From an uncultured Flavobacteriaceae bacterium (lineage in GTDB: Bacteria > Bacteroidota > Bacteroidia > Flavobacteriales > Flavobacteriaceae): a stretch of DNA of 64,000 nucleotides. The DNA is taken from positions 50,095 through 114,094 of the forward strand of contig CAJWVI010000002.1 in NCBI GenBank assembly GCA_913048115.1, in the 5' to 3' direction. The notes under the pieces are model-generated. The model saw only the letters and a program-made list of their open reading frames with translations, did no database searches and was not told where the DNA came from. Shown piece after piece: positions 38,374-50,563 of the stretch. Each line of letters begins with the position of its first letter. The stretch's first letter is position 1. The position numbers and the translations under genes are program-made.

Positions 38374-40923
38374 CTATTCTTCCTCTTGCGCGTCAGCAAC
38401 TGGAGCTTGTGCTTGATTGTCTCCAATTTCAACAGCTATTTTTTCTCCATCTGCATCCAACAAGGTTTCTTCTAAATCTTCATCATCGTCTTTCATTACC
38501 TTAGCAACTGCTGCTATAGAATCGTCTTCGCGAACTTTAATTAAACGTACCCCTTGTGTGGCGCGCCCCATTACCCGAAGACTATCTACTGCCATTCTAA
38601 TGGCAATACCAGACTTGTTGATGATCATTAGATCATCACTGTCTATTACATTTTTAATGGCAACAAGTTGTCCAGTTTTTTCTGTAACACTGATGGTTTT
38701 CACCCCTTTACCACCTCGGTTTGTAATACGGTAATCTTCTATACTAGATCGTTTACCATATCCATTTTCTGAAACAACTAATATTTCAGAAGAAGGATCA
38801 TTAATAGCGATCATACCCACTACTTCATCTGCATCATCTGCTAGTCTAATTCCACGAACCCCTGAAGCATTTCTACCCATAGGTCGCGTTTTCTCCTCTT
38901 CAAACCTAATGGCCTTACCGCTTTTTACAGCGATCATGACTTGACTGTCACCTGTGGTTAACTTAGCTTCTAGCAATTCATCACCCTCTTTTATGGTAAT
39001 GGCATTAATACCATTAGTTCTTGGTCTAGAGTATTGTTCTAGTGGTGTTTTCTTGACTTGACCTTTTTTAGTAGCCATAATGACATAACGACTATTTACG
39101 TATTCTTCGTCTTTAAGGTCTTGTGTACAAATAAATGCCATAACCTTATCATCTGGCTCGATATTAATCAAGTTTTGTATGGCACGTCCTTTTGAGGTCT
39201 TGCTTCCTTCTGGGATTTCAAACACACGCATCCAGAAACATTTTCCTTTTTGGGTAAAGAACAACATATATTGATGGTTGGTCCCTACAAATAGGTGTTC
39301 TAAGAAATCTTCATTTCTAGTAGCGGTGGCTTTTTGCCCTACACCTCCTCTGTTTTGAGTTTTATACTCGGCTAAAGAGGTACGCTTAATATATCCAGCA
39401 TGAGAAATGGTCAGGACTACTTGCTCATCTGGAATCAAATCTGTAATACTTACATCTCCTCCAGCATACTCAATTACAGAACGACGTTCATCACCATATT
39501 TGGTTTGGATCTCTTCTAATTCTTCTTTAATGATTGTCATTCTACGCTCTTTGTTTGCAAGAATGTCTTGGTAGTCTTCAATGGTTTTCATGAGTTCTTC
39601 GTACTCTGTACGAAGTTTATCCTGTTCTAGTCCTGTTAATTGACGCAGACGCATCTCTACAATAGCCTTAGCTTGTATCTCTGAAAGCTCAAAGGTTTTT
39701 ATCAAAACCGCTTTTGCCGCATCTGCATTTGCAGAAGCACGAATTAAGCGTATTACCTCATCAATATTATCTGAAGCAATAATCAATCCCTCCAGGATAT
39801 GTGCTCTTTCGTTGGCTTTTCTTAAAAGGTATTCTGTCCTTCTTACAACAACATCATGGCGGTGCTCAACAAAGTAGTGAATCATATCTTTAAGATTCAA
39901 CATTTGAGGTCTCCCTTTTACAAGAGCAATATTATTAACACTAAAACTTGATTGTAAGGCCGTATATTTAAATAATGTATTTAATACAATGTTAGGAATT
40001 GCATCTCTTTTCAAGATATAAACAATACGCATTCCATTTCTATCAGACTCATCACGTATGTTTGAAATACCTTCAATTTTCTTATCGTTTATAAGATCGG
40101 CAGTTTTCTTAATCATGTCTGCCTTATTTACTTGGTAAGGAATTTCATTAACAATGATACATTCTCTCCCGCCAACCTCTTCAAAACTAGATTTTGCACG
40201 CATTACAATACGTCCACGCCCAGTATGAAATGCATCTTTAACACCATCATACCCATATATTATACCTCCAGTTGGAAAATCAGGGGCTTTTACAAACTCC
40301 ATCAAACCGTCAATATCAATCTCTGGGTTGTCTATATAGGCTTGAATACCGTCAACTACTTCTGTTAAATTGTGAGGAGGCATGTTGGTAGCCATTCCAA
40401 CAGCAATACCAGAGGCACCATTTATTAACAATCCAGGAATTCTTGTTGGAAGTACGGTAGGTTCTTTTAAAGTATCATCAAAGTTAAGTTGATGATCTAC
40501 TGTGTCTTTGTCTATATCTGCCAGCATGTCTTCACTAATACGTTGCATTCTTGCTTCTGTATAACGCATTGCTGCTGGACTGTCACCATCTACAGAACCA
40601 AAGTTCCCTTGACCGTCTACCAATAAATAACGCAAACTCCACTCTTGTGCCATACGCACCATAGCATCATAAACAGAGGTATCTCCATGGGGGTGATACT
40701 TACCTAAAACTTCTCCAACAATTCTTGCCGATTTTTTATGAGCTCCTGTGGCACGAATTCCTAATTCATGCATTCCAAACAATACACGTCTATGCACTGG
40801 TTTCATACCATCACGAACATCTGGCAGAGCACGTGACACAATTACAGACATCGAATAATCGATGTAAGCCGATTTCATTTCATCTTCAATGTTGATAGGA
40901 ATCAATTTTTCACCTTCAGCCAT
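38374..40923 (-). CDS. gyrA: DNA gyrase subunit A
   Basis: [21 protein letters not shown], GyrA box QNRGGVG, C-terminal repeats. Confidence 0.98.
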   Translation of the reverse strand: MAEGEKLIPINIEDEMKSAYIDYSMSVIVSRALPDVRDGMKPVHRRVLFGMHELGIRATGAHKKSARIVGEVLGKYHPHGDTSVYDAMVRMAQEWSLRYLLVDGQGNFGSVDGDSPAAMRYTEARMQRISEDMLADIDKDTVDHQLNFDDTLKEPTVLPTRIPGLLINGASGIAVGMATNMPPHNLTEVVDGIQAYIDNPEIDIDGLMEFVKAPDFPTGGIIYGYDGVKDAFHTGRGRIVMRAKSSFEEVGGRECIIVNEIPYQVNKADMIKKTADLINDKKIEGISNIRDESDRNGMRIVYILKRDAIPNIVLNTLFKYTALQSSFSVNNIALVKGRPQMLNLKDMIHYFVEHRHDVVVRRTEYLLRKANERAHILEGLIIASDNIDEVIRLIRASANADAAKAVLIKTFELSEIQAKAIVEMRLRQLTGLEQDKLRTEYEELMKTIEDYQDILANKERRMTIIKEELEEIQTKYGDERRSVIEYAGGDVSITDLIPDEQVVLTISHAGYIKRTSLAEYKTQNRGGVGQKATATRNEDFLEHLFVGTNHQYMLFFTQKGKCFWMRVFEIPEGSKTSKGRAIQNLINIEPDDKVMAFICTQDLKDEEYVNSRYVIMATKKGQVKKTPLEQYSRPRTNGINAITIKEGDELLEAKLTTGDSQVMIAVKSGKAIRFEEEKTRPMGRNASGVRGIRLADDADEVVGMIAINDPSSEILVVSENGYGKRSSIEDYRITNRGGKGVKTISVTEKTGQLVAIKNVIDSDDLMIINKSGIAIRMAVDSLRVMGRATQGVRLIKVREDDSIAAVAKVMKDDDEDLEETLLDADGEKIAVEIGDNQAQAPVADAQEEE

Positions 40924-41184
40924 AGTTGTTTTATCTTTTATTTATATTTTTCTACTAAACAAGCAAGATACGGTATTTCAGCATTTTTAATAGCTAAAAA
41001 TAAGGGGGTTGTTCACGATTTTATTAACAAAAAAACACCCCCAATTCGTTAATAACTATAGGGCTTTCAGTTTTATAGGCCTGTTAGTTTTAATCAAATA
41101 AAACGTCTTAGGTAGAAACAGGAATAGTTTTTGACTGTATAACAGTAATTTTTAGTAATTTTAGAAGAAAAAGCAATGTAACCT

Positions 41185-43740
41185 ATGGATGATAATTTTT
41201 CCCCAAGAGTAAAAGATGTAATTGCATTTAGCAAAGAAGAAGCACTTCGCTTAGGCCATGACTTTATTGGCACCGAGCACCTCATACTAGGCCTTTTACG
41301 TGACGGTAGCGGTAAAGCTGTAACAATCCTAAATGCCTTAGAAGTAGACTTAAACTATTTAAGACGTAAAGTAGAAATATTAAGCCCAGCAAATCCAGGA
41401 ACTGGAGTTGCAGGTAATGACAAGAAAAACCTACACTTAACAAGACAAGCAGAGCGTGCATTAAAAACTACTTTTTTAGAAGCAAAGTTGTTTCAAAGCA
41501 GTTCAATTAATACAGCACATTTATTATTGTGCATTTTGAGAAATGAAAATGATCCAACAACCAAGCTACTTCAAAACATGAAAGTAGATTATGATGGTGT
41601 AAAAGAGCAGTTTAAATTAATGCTTGCTAGTGATGATGACTTTGCGGATAGCCCAACAGCAGAAGACACATTTCCAAACCAGGACGACGATAGTACAGAA
41701 GATTCTGGCAAAGAAAATTTATTCGGAAATACTAACGTGAAAACTAATAAAAAATCTAAAACACCTGTTTTGGATAATTTTGGTAGAGATCTAACCGAGA
41801 TGGCCGAATTAGGAAAATTAGACCCTGTAGTTGGTCGTGATGCTGAAATACAAAGAGTCTCACAGATTTTAAGTAGACGAAAGAAAAATAACCCTCTATT
41901 AATTGGAGAACCTGGAGTGGGTAAATCTGCCATTGCAGAAGGTTTAGCACTTCGTATTGTTCAACGAAAGGTATCTCGTATCTTATATGATAAACGCGTC
42001 GTAACACTAGACTTAGCAAGCCTTGTTGCTGGAACAAAATATCGTGGACAGTTTGAAGAGCGCATGAAGGCTCTTATGAATGAACTTGAGAAGAATAAAG
42101 ACATCATCCTTTTTATTGATGAAATTCACACCATTGTTGGTGCCGGTGGAGCAACAGGTTCGCTAGATGCCAGCAATATGTTTAAGCCTGCTTTAGCAAG
42201 AGGTGAGATACAATGTGTTGGAGCTACCACCTTGGATGAATACAGACAGTATATAGAAAAAGATGGAGCACTAGAAAGAAGATTTCAAAAAGTATTGGTA
42301 GAACCTACATCGGTAGAAGAAACTATAGAAATTCTAGAAAATATTAAAGAAAAATACGAAGAACACCACAATGTCACCTACACTAAAGAAGCCATAGAGG
42401 CCTGTGTGAAGTTAACTAATAGGTACATGACAGACCGGTTTTTACCAGATAAAGCAATTGATGCCTTAGATGAAGCTGGATCTCGTGTGCATATCATTAA
42501 TATTAATGTTCCTGAGAAAATTTTAGAGATTGAGCAAAAACTTGAAGAAGTTAGAGAACTTAAAAACACGGTTGTTAAAAAGCAAAAATACGAAGAAGCT
42601 GCCAAGCTAAGAGATGATGAGAAGAATCTCGAAAAAGAATTGATTACAGAACAAGAAATCTGGGAAAACAACTCAAAACTTCATCGAGAAACAGTAGACC
42701 AGGAAAATGTAGCCGAGGTAGTATCTATGATGTCTGGGATTCCTGTTAACAGAATTGCCCAAACCGAAATCAATAAATTAGCAGAATTGCCTGAACTTAT
42801 AAAAGGAAAGGTAATTGGTCAAAATGATGCGGTAAACAAAGTGGTGAAGGCTATACAACGTAACCGTGCTGGACTTAAAGATCCAAACAAGCCCATTGGG
42901 TCATTTATATTTTTAGGCCAAACAGGTGTTGGTAAAACACAATTAGCCAAAGTATTAGCTAAAGAGTTATTTGATAATGAAAATGCTCTAATACGCATAG
43001 ACATGAGTGAGTACATGGAGAAATTTGCCATCTCACGACTTGTTGGAGCACCTCCAGGGTATGTTGGTTATGAAGAAGGAGGACAGCTTACAGAGAAAAT
43101 AAGGCGTAAACCGTATTCTGTTGTTTTATTAGATGAAATTGAAAAAGCCCATCCTGATGTCTTTAACATGTTGTTACAAGTTCTTGATGATGGACATTTA
43201 ACAGACAGCTTGGGACGCAAAATTGATTTTAGAAATACTATAATAATTATGACCTCCAACATTGGAGCTCGTAGACTAAAAGATTTTGGTCAAGGTGTTG
43301 GTTTTGGCACATCTGCACAAACAAGCCAGGCAGATGCAAACGCAAAAGGGATTATAGAAAATGCCTTGAAAAAAACATTTGCGCCAGAATTTTTAAATCG
43401 TGTCGATGATGTAATGATCTTTAATAATCTAGATCGTGTTGATATTCACAAAATCATTGATATTGAACTAAGCATATTGTTTAACCGTATCAAAGATCTT
43501 GGATATGACCTTACGCTTACTGAAAAAGCGAAAGACTACATTGCAGACAAAGGTTTTGATAAAGATTATGGTGCAAGACCATTAAAACGAGCCATCCAAA
43601 AATACATTGAAGATTCACTGGCAGAAGAAATCATTAGCAGCAACCTTAAAGAAGGAGATGCTATTACGATGGATCTTGACACCAAAACCAATGAGCTTAC
43701 TATTAAAATCAAAAAACCAAAAAAGAAGACCACAGAGTGA
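41185..43740 (+). CDS. clpC: ATP-dependent Clp protease ATP-binding subunit
   Basis: Clp-N repeats; GEPGVGKS and GQTGVGKT Walker A motifs; UVR coiled coil; [10 protein letters not shown]. Confidence 0.96.
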   Translation: MDDNFSPRVKDVIAFSKEEALRLGHDFIGTEHLILGLLRDGSGKAVTILNALEVDLNYLRRKVEILSPANPGTGVAGNDKKNLHLTRQAERALKTTFLEAKLFQSSSINTAHLLLCILRNENDPTTKLLQNMKVDYDGVKEQFKLMLASDDDFADSPTAEDTFPNQDDDSTEDSGKENLFGNTNVKTNKKSKTPVLDNFGRDLTEMAELGKLDPVVGRDAEIQRVSQILSRRKKNNPLLIGEPGVGKSAIAEGLALRIVQRKVSRILYDKRVVTLDLASLVAGTKYRGQFEERMKALMNELEKNKDIILFIDEIHTIVGAGGATGSLDASNMFKPALARGEIQCVGATTLDEYRQYIEKDGALERRFQKVLVEPTSVEETIEILENIKEKYEEHHNVTYTKEAIEACVKLTNRYMTDRFLPDKAIDALDEAGSRVHIININVPEKILEIEQKLEEVRELKNTVVKKQKYEEAAKLRDDEKNLEKELITEQEIWENNSKLHRETVDQENVAEVVSMMSGIPVNRIAQTEINKLAELPELIKGKVIGQNDAVNKVVKAIQRNRAGLKDPNKPIGSFIFLGQTGVGKTQLAKVLAKELFDNENALIRIDMSEYMEKFAISRLVGAPPGYVGYEEGGQLTEKIRRKPYSVVLLDEIEKAHPDVFNMLLQVLDDGHLTDSLGRKIDFRNTIIIMTSNIGARRLKDFGQGVGFGTSAQTSQADANAKGIIENALKKTFAPEFLNRVDDVMIFNNLDRVDIHKIIDIELSILFNRIKDLGYDLTLTEKAKDYIADKGFDKDYGARPLKRAIQKYIEDSLAEEIISSNLKEGDAITMDLDTKTNELTIKIKKPKKKTTE

Positions 43741-43761
43741 TCACATTTTTTTTGAACACAT

Positions 43762-43801
43762 AAAAACACCACGTATTTTTTTAAAAATACGTGGTGTTTT
43801 T
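43762..43801. terminator. Bidirectional terminator (19-bp perfect stem)
   Basis: aaaaacaccacgtattttt-tt-aaaaatacgtggtgttttt between clpC and hutH. Confidence 0.9.
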
Positions 43802-43820
43802 TATTTGTAATGTACTGTTT

Positions 43821-45326
43821 CTAAAAAAGTAAGTCGCTATCTACAGAAAAGCTTTTTAAGAAGGCTAGGGTAGCATGAATATCATCGGCCAATAACCTAT
43901 CTTCTTCCAGAAAAGGAACGACCTCTCTATAGCTCGAAATAAATGACATTACAAAGGGAGATGATTTCTTATCTCTAAATGCTAATGCTTGAGAAGCATT
44001 CATCAACTCAATTGCCAATATAGTTTCTATATTATCAATAATACGTAAACATTTTGTAGCACCATTAGCGCCCATACTTACATGATCTTCTTGACCGTTT
44101 GATGACACAATAGAATCTACAGATGCGGGAGTTGCTAGTTGTTTATTCTGGCTAACGATACTAGCTGCTGTGTATTGCGGTATCATAAACCCACTATTTA
44201 ATCCTGGGTTACTTACCAAAAACGCGGGTAAATCACGCAAACCAGATACTAACTGGTAAGTTCTTCTTTCAGAAATACTACCTAACTCGCACATCGCTAT
44301 ACCCAAGTAATCTAGAGCAAGTGCCAAAGGTTGCCCGTGGAAATTTCCACCAGAAATAATTAAATCCTCTTCGATGAAAATATTTGGGTTGTCTGTCACC
44401 GAATTAATCTCAGTTTTAAATGTCTTTTTTACAAATCCAAGAGTGTCTTTTGTTGCACCATGCACTTGGGGGATACACCTAAATGAATATGGATCTTGTA
44501 CATTGGTTTTTTCTGAGTTACCCAACTCACTGCCTTTTAAAATTTCATTAATACGCTCTGCGGTTTTTACTTGCCCTTTATGAGGCCTTACATGATGAAC
44601 AAGTGCATTAAATGGGCTCATGTTACAATCAAAGGCATCTATAGAAACCGCACTAATAACATCTGCTAAATAAGAATACTTATAACTCTCTAGCAACATA
44701 TAAACCCCGTAAGCACTCATAAACTGCGTACCGTTTAATAGTGCCAATCCTTCTTTAGCTTTAAGTGTAATAGGGCTCCAGTTATGTTCAAGCATTACTT
44801 TAGAGGCTTTTACGACCTGCTCTCCTATCCAAACATCTCCCATGCCAAGTAATGGCAAAGACATGTGCGCCAAAGGAGCTAAATCTCCTGATGCACCTAG
44901 GCTACCTTGCGTGTAAACCACAGGAATTACATCTGCATTATACATAGCAATCAACCTGTTAACAGTAACTAGTTGAACACCACTGTAACCGTAACTTAAG
45001 GATTGTATTTTAAGCAGTAGCATTAATTTTACTATAGCTTTAGGTGCAAACTCTCCTGTCCCGCAGGCATGAGACATGACTAAGTTTTCTTGAAGTTTTG
45101 ATAGGTTTTCTGCAGAAACCTTAACGTTGCATAGAGAGCCAAAACCAGTATTAATACCGTAAATAGGCGTGTCGTTATTTTTAATTTTTTTGGAGAGAAA
45201 CTCAAACGATTTATTGATGTTGCCGATTGCCTCTTCAGAAAGGGCTAGTTGTTTTTGGGTATCAACAATATCTTTAATGACAGATAGGTCTAACAAAGAG
45301 CTGCTTATATAATGTATTTCAGACAT
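43821..45326 (-). CDS. hutH: Histidine ammonia-lyase
   Basis: YGINTGFG, GSLGASGDLAPL (MIO), NGTQ, QDPYSFRC, NQED-like GQEDHVSMG. Confidence 0.97.
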   Translation of the reverse strand: MSEIHYISSSLLDLSVIKDIVDTQKQLALSEEAIGNINKSFEFLSKKIKNNDTPIYGINTGFGSLCNVKVSAENLSKLQENLVMSHACGTGEFAPKAIVKLMLLLKIQSLSYGYSGVQLVTVNRLIAMYNADVIPVVYTQGSLGASGDLAPLAHMSLPLLGMGDVWIGEQVVKASKVMLEHNWSPITLKAKEGLALLNGTQFMSAYGVYMLLESYKYSYLADVISAVSIDAFDCNMSPFNALVHHVRPHKGQVKTAERINEILKGSELGNSEKTNVQDPYSFRCIPQVHGATKDTLGFVKKTFKTEINSVTDNPNIFIEEDLIISGGNFHGQPLALALDYLGIAMCELGSISERRTYQLVSGLRDLPAFLVSNPGLNSGFMIPQYTAASIVSQNKQLATPASVDSIVSSNGQEDHVSMGANGATKCLRIIDNIETILAIELMNASQALAFRDKKSSPFVMSFISSYREVVPFLEEDRLLADDIHATLAFLKSFSVDSDLLF

Positions 45327-45346
45327 GATTATTGGTTTGTTTTCAA

Positions 45347-45354
45347 CAAAAATA
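45347..45354 (-). promoter_or_regulatory. -7 element TATTTTTG for hutH
   Basis: Exact match 20 nt upstream of ATG. Confidence 0.55.
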
Positions 45355-45740
45355 CAACATATGTTGTTGTATAACTAACAGAAAAATTGCTATTCAGGAG
45401 ATTTATCTTCTTGAGATAAATCTCCCTTATTTCTAAATAATTCTAAAAAAGCATCTCTTAAATAATGCAATAAATCACTCTCCATAATTGCTTCAAAACC
45501 TAATTGCGACCAGGCAATATTCCATCCACTACCTTGAATATATGTGCCAAATATCGGGGCCGTCAATGGAGCATACCCTTGAGACACCAATCCTGTAATA
45601 ACAACTTATTTTGCGCAATCTTCTTAAAAAATTTGGTGCGCCTACTCCCCAAGCGTTATATTTGTTTTCTATTATTTGAACCCATAAAAACATGGTGTAT
45701 GAAATAAAAATTTCAGAAGCTATGCAAACTATACAAAACA

Positions 45741-46823
45741 ATGAAAGACACCGCTTTATCTGCAATACATACGGCCCTTGGCGCTAAAATGGTACCCTTT
45801 GCAGGGTATAACATGCCTGTTTCATATCAAGGCATTAACATAGAACATGAAACTGTACGCGAAAATGTAGGAGTGTTTGATGTAAGCCATATGGGAGAGT
45901 TTTTTGTAACAGGACCAAATGCCTTAGCTTTAATACAACGCGTATGTAGTAATGATGCTGCTAAATTAGTGGATGGTCAAGCTCAGTACAGTTGCTTTCC
46001 AAATGAAGATGGCGGAGTGGTTGATGATCTTATTGTCTATAGACTAGAGATAGAAAAATATTTGCTTGTTGTAAACGCGTCTAATATAGATAAAGATTGG
46101 GCATGGATTAATGCTCACAACACCATGGGTGCTGAGCTTAAAAATAGCAGTGAAAACTATTCACTTCTAGCCATTCAAGGCCCAAAGGCAATAGAAGCTA
46201 TGCAGAGTCTTACCTCAGAGGATCTAGCAGCTATTAAATTCTACACCTTTAAAGTAAACAACTTTGCGGGCATTGACGATGTTATAATTAGTGCAACTGG
46301 ATATACAGGAAGTGGCGGTTTTGAAATTTACTGTAAGAACACAGATGCGCTGCAAATTTGGAGCAAGGTACTAGAAGCTGGTAAAGATTGGGGAATTAAA
46401 CCTATTGGACTAGCAGCAAGAGACACCTTAAGACTTGAAATGGGCTACTGCCTTTATGGAAACGATATAGATGACACTACCTCACCACTTGAAGCAGGAT
46501 TAAGCTGGATTACAAAGTTCAATAAAGATTTTGTAAATAGTAAGGCGCTTAAACAAGAGAAAGAGCGAGGTGTAACAAAAACATTGGTTGCCTTTGAGCT
46601 TACCCAGCGTGGTATACCAAGACAGGGCTATGACATTTTAAACAATCAAGGAGAAACCATTGGTGTAGTAACTAGTGGAACGATGTCACCATCTATGAAT
46701 AAAGGAATTGGATTAGGATATGTGCCTGTTGAATTAAAAGAAGTGGGCTCACAAATACAGATACAGATTCGTAAAAAAACAATACCAGCTACCATAGTAA
46801 AACTACCTTTTTACAAAAAATAG
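45741..46823 (+). CDS. gcvT: Glycine cleavage system aminomethyltransferase T
   Basis: [43 protein letters not shown]. Confidence 0.97.
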   Translation: MKDTALSAIHTALGAKMVPFAGYNMPVSYQGINIEHETVRENVGVFDVSHMGEFFVTGPNALALIQRVCSNDAAKLVDGQAQYSCFPNEDGGVVDDLIVYRLEIEKYLLVVNASNIDKDWAWINAHNTMGAELKNSSENYSLLAIQGPKAIEAMQSLTSEDLAAIKFYTFKVNNFAGIDDVIISATGYTGSGGFEIYCKNTDALQIWSKVLEAGKDWGIKPIGLAARDTLRLEMGYCLYGNDIDDTTSPLEAGLSWITKFNKDFVNSKALKQEKERGVTKTLVAFELTQRGIPRQGYDILNNQGETIGVVTSGTMSPSMNKGIGLGYVPVELKEVGSQIQIQIRKKTIPATIVKLPFYKK

Positions 46824-46891
46824 GGAACAAAAACAATTTAAACACCTTTGGTTTAAAACAGATACACCAAGTGTGCCATAGTCTATCGTAG

Positions 46892-47743
46892 ATGCAGAAA
46901 CAAAAACACAGGATATTAATTTTAGGGGCAAGCGGCTACATAGGTAATGCCATCTATAGAGAATTGTGCAGCTATTTTGACACCTATGGCACTTACTGTT
47001 CTGCCCACGAGTTGTATGAAAACAATCAAGCTTTTATAGCCTATGATTTAGAAAATAGTAACATCACTAAAGCACTAGAAGATATAAAGCCCACCCTTAT
47101 TATTTCTGCCTTGCGCGGAAACTTTAAAGCACAATACCATGCGCACAAAGAAGTTTGTAGATATGTAACTGTGCATGCAACATGTAGGCTTCTTTTTCTA
47201 TCTTCAGTGAGTGTGTTTGATGGTTTATCTAGCTTTCCAAGCTATGAAAATGACCGTCCTTCAGCAGTGAGCGAATACGGAAAGTTTAAAGTTTCGGTAG
47301 AAAAATTATTGGTAGAAAAAATTAAAAAAAAGCTTAGCATTTTAAGACTACCGATGGTACTGGGCGCTTATTCTCCAAGAATTATGCAATTAAGACAAGC
47401 CATTAAACATCAAGCTTCTTTTGACGTGCATCCAAACCTTATTATTAGCATTACCACAGCCAACACTATAGCAAAACAGGTTCATTACATCATAAATAAA
47501 GAGTTGACTGGCATTTTTCATTTGGCAAGTAATGACTTGGCACACCATCAAGATTTGTTCATAGAGATTTGCGAAAAAATTGGAAACAAAACACCTATCT
47601 TTAAAAGTATTTACAACAGTAATGATGACCAATACTTAGCCATCTTACCAAAATACAATACCCTGCCTAAAAACTATCAAATTACCGTGGCAGATGTAGT
47701 TAAAAACTGTGTTTTGGAGGATGTTGTAACCATCAAAAACTAA
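46892..47743 (+). CDS. RmlD-like NAD(P)-dependent sugar-nucleotide-binding protein
   Basis: ILGASGYIG, SSVSVFDG, YGKFK, LRLPMVLG. Confidence 0.85.
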   Translation: MQKQKHRILILGASGYIGNAIYRELCSYFDTYGTYCSAHELYENNQAFIAYDLENSNITKALEDIKPTLIISALRGNFKAQYHAHKEVCRYVTVHATCRLLFLSSVSVFDGLSSFPSYENDRPSAVSEYGKFKVSVEKLLVEKIKKKLSILRLPMVLGAYSPRIMQLRQAIKHQASFDVHPNLIISITTANTIAKQVHYIINKELTGIFHLASNDLAHHQDLFIEICEKIGNKTPIFKSIYNSNDDQYLAILPKYNTLPKNYQITVADVVKNCVLEDVVTIKN

Positions 47744-47753
47744 TACATAAATT

Positions 47754-48035
47754 ATGATAAAATATACAGAAGCACAGATTACAGAAAAACTATCTCAGTT
47801 TGAAGGCTGGGAGTATGTTGAAGGTGGATTGTTTGCTAGTTTTGAGTTTGATAACTTTAAGGAAGCCTTCTCTGCCATGACACGCATTTCTTTTGAGGCA
47901 GAGCGTCTTAATCATCACCCAGAGTGGACTAATGTATACAACACCTTAGAGATTTTCTTATCCACACATGATGCAGATGGGGTTACAGAAAAAGACTTTG
48001 AACTAGCCGCTATTATAGATTTGCTCATTGGCTAG
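47754..48035 (+). CDS. Pterin-4-alpha-carbinolamine dehydratase
   Basis: NHHPEW, LSTHDADGVT..DF. Confidence 0.93.
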   Translation: MIKYTEAQITEKLSQFEGWEYVEGGLFASFEFDNFKEAFSAMTRISFEAERLNHHPEWTNVYNTLEIFLSTHDADGVTEKDFELAAIIDLLIG

Positions 48036-48037
48036 TA

Positions 48038-48619
48038 ATGCAAATTACAACACACAAATACTACAAAGCCTTTAAACCCTATGGAGTAGTAAGCCAATTT
48101 ACTACCAACGATAGGCATGCCAAGAACAAAACATTTTTAGGCTCTTTATTTGCTTTTCCAGAGGGCACAATGGCTATTGGTAGGCTCGATGAGCCCAGTG
48201 AGGGCATACTATTACTCACCACAAATGGTGCTTATAGTTATCATGTTAATAACAGCGGCGTAGAAAAAGAATATTATGCTCAAGTAGACGGCATCATAAG
48301 TCCTTCTGAAATTCTAAAACTACAAAAAGGCGTCTGTATCACGGTAGAAGAAAAACCATACACCACAAAGCCATGCAAGGTTAAGTTGCTCCCAAAGACT
48401 CCTACCCTGCCAAAACGCGCAAAAAAAATAAGAGATGAGCGCCACGGGCCAACCTCTTGGATATCCATAACTATAAGCGAAGGGAAGTTTAGGCAAGTAC
48501 GTAAAATGACAGCTGCAGTTGGTGTTCCAACGCTTCGCCTGGTAAGGGTTAGAATTGGTGATTTTGGTATAGAAAATATGGCTGCTTGCGAAGTGCGAGA
48601 AATAGCGGTAGACTTTTAA
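48038..48619 (+). CDS. RsuA/RluE-family pseudouridine synthase
   Basis: FKPYGV, IGRLDEPSEG, EGKFRQVRKM, TLRLVR. Confidence 0.92.
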   Translation: MQITTHKYYKAFKPYGVVSQFTTNDRHAKNKTFLGSLFAFPEGTMAIGRLDEPSEGILLLTTNGAYSYHVNNSGVEKEYYAQVDGIISPSEILKLQKGVCITVEEKPYTTKPCKVKLLPKTPTLPKRAKKIRDERHGPTSWISITISEGKFRQVRKMTAAVGVPTLRLVRVRIGDFGIENMAACEVREIAVDF

Positions 48620-48630
48620 CCATCTTGCGC

Positions 48631-49287
48631 CTAATTTTGGTGCACTACTATGGTTGCTTTTCTACCCGTTAATAAGTTCCATTCGTTTTTAGAAATTAGC
48701 GTACCGTTTTGATCATAGACATGTAGCTCTGCCGTGTTTGGGCCACTCTCGCCTTGATTTAAAGCTTGAAACTCTATAATATTTTTACCTGGAACAAGTG
48801 TTAAATCAAAACCTCTGAAGCTTGCATCTAAAGAGATGTCACTTTGTACTATATCATCATTAACATACACACGTATTCTATCACCATCTACACTTTGATG
48901 GTCTCTATACACAACGTTTACAAAACCACTTTTAGTCATGATTTCTCCTAACACTTGATCTCTATCAAAGGCATCTGTAGCAAGTTTGTCTTTTAAAAAA
49001 GCCTTAGGCGTCATGTCTGTTTTGGTGGTCAAAAAACCGTCATCAGTGGAGATATCAATAGGTTCTGGATCCTCTTTTCCAAGACCACTTGTATCATCTC
49101 CTTTTACTTCAAAGCGGTATTCTTGATTGCTTAATCCAGGAATAGCAGATTTGGGTATTTTGAGTCCCGAAGCATCCTTTACCACATTGTCTATAGGCTC
49201 AAACTCTACCTTTTTAGTTTTGTTATCAAATTGAGCGGTCATCTTAAACGACAACAAAACCAGGAACAAGCAAACATTTAATTTCAT
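48631..49287 (-). CDS. Secreted hypothetical protein
   Basis: Signal peptide; C-terminal beta-rich domain DHQSVDGDRIRVYVN...ALNQGESGPNTA. Confidence 0.8.
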   Translation of the reverse strand: MKLNVCLFLVLLSFKMTAQFDNKTKKVEFEPIDNVVKDASGLKIPKSAIPGLSNQEYRFEVKGDDTSGLGKEDPEPIDISTDDGFLTTKTDMTPKAFLKDKLATDAFDRDQVLGEIMTKSGFVNVVYRDHQSVDGDRIRVYVNDDIVQSDISLDASFRGFDLTLVPGKNIIEFQALNQGESGPNTAELHVYDQNGTLISKNEWNLLTGRKATIVVHQN

Positions 49288-49678
49288 AAAACAATAGCTT
49301 TTAAGGATCGTTAATCATTATAAGAATTGCAGCAGCACGATGAATTTATTTAAAGGCTCACTACAATACAATCAAATACAAATATATACACCAAGAAGCT
49401 AAAATGGTGCTTAATTATTTTTTAAAATATAGATGACACGTTGCTAATATTACTGCAGTAGTGTCTCACTGATTATACAGAGGTCATGAAAAACAAAGGT
49501 TTAAAGAAAATAAAAAAATATTTTGTAACAAACCCATAACATCTTACGTATAAGTAAGTAGTGAACTTAGATTGTTGTAAAACAGGTTTCTGGAACAATA
49601 GTATTTCTAAAACAAGCACACAACAAATAAAAAATATTTGATCCAAAAAGATCATTAACCTAAAACACATTTGATTCT

Positions 49679-50545
49679 ATGAGACAACTCAAAATTACCA
49701 AGCAGGTTACCAATAGAGAAACAAAATCTTTGAACAGTTACTTACAAGATGTAAGTAAAATTGATATGATAACCGCAGAGGAAGAGGTTGAGTTAGCACA
49801 GAGAATTCGTGAAGGAGATCAAGGCGCTTTAGACAAATTAACCAAAGCTAACCTTCGTTTTGTTATCTCGGTAGCAAAGCAATACCAAAATCAAGGATTA
49901 ACACTTAGTGACCTTATTAATGAAGGTAATGTAGGTCTTGTAAAAGCTGCCCAACGTTTTGATGAAACCAGAGGTTTTAAATTCATATCATATGCCGTAT
50001 GGTGGATTAGACAATCAATACTTCAAGCTATTGCAGAACAATCTCGTGTGGTGCGTTTACCCTTGAACAAGATTGGTGATATTAACAAAATACGTAAAGC
50101 ATCTATACATCTAGAACAAGTACACCAACGTGTTCCTTCAGCTTCAGAAATTGCAAAAGAACTAGACATGACTGTTAGTAGTGTAAAACAGTCTTTAAAG
50201 AATTCATCAAGAAGTTTATCAATGGATGCTCCTTTTCAAGAAGGTGAAAATGATAATAACTTATATGACGTAATTAGCTCTGGTGAAACACCAAATCCAG
50301 ACAAAGCATTAATACACGAGTCTTTAAAAATTGAAATTGACAGAGCACTAGACACCCTTGCACCTCGTGAGGCAGATGTTGTAAAGTTAAACTTTGGACT
50401 AAGTGGTCAACCAGCAATGACCTTACAGGAAATTGGAGACACCTTTGAGCTGAGTCGTGAACGTGTACGTCAAATTCGTGAAAAAGCGATTCGTCGTTTA
50501 CGTCAAGAAAGTAAAAGTCATATCTTAAAAAAATATTTAGGATAA
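49679..50545 (+). CDS. RpoD/SigA-family sigma factor, probable secondary paralog
   Basis: [35 protein letters not shown]...RERVRQI; short Bacteroidota-type architecture. Confidence 0.92.
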   Translation: MRQLKITKQVTNRETKSLNSYLQDVSKIDMITAEEEVELAQRIREGDQGALDKLTKANLRFVISVAKQYQNQGLTLSDLINEGNVGLVKAAQRFDETRGFKFISYAVWWIRQSILQAIAEQSRVVRLPLNKIGDINKIRKASIHLEQVHQRVPSASEIAKELDMTVSSVKQSLKNSSRSLSMDAPFQEGENDNNLYDVISSGETPNPDKALIHESLKIEIDRALDTLAPREADVVKLNFGLSGQPAMTLQEIGDTFELSRERVRQIREKAIRRLRQESKSHILKKYLG

Positions 50546-50563
50546 CCTTTTAAAATAAGAATT

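Noticed and set aside
45600-45740. Glycine riboswitch upstream of gcvT
   Set aside because: No GGAGA/GAAGG/CUCUCAGG aptamer cores on the plus strand
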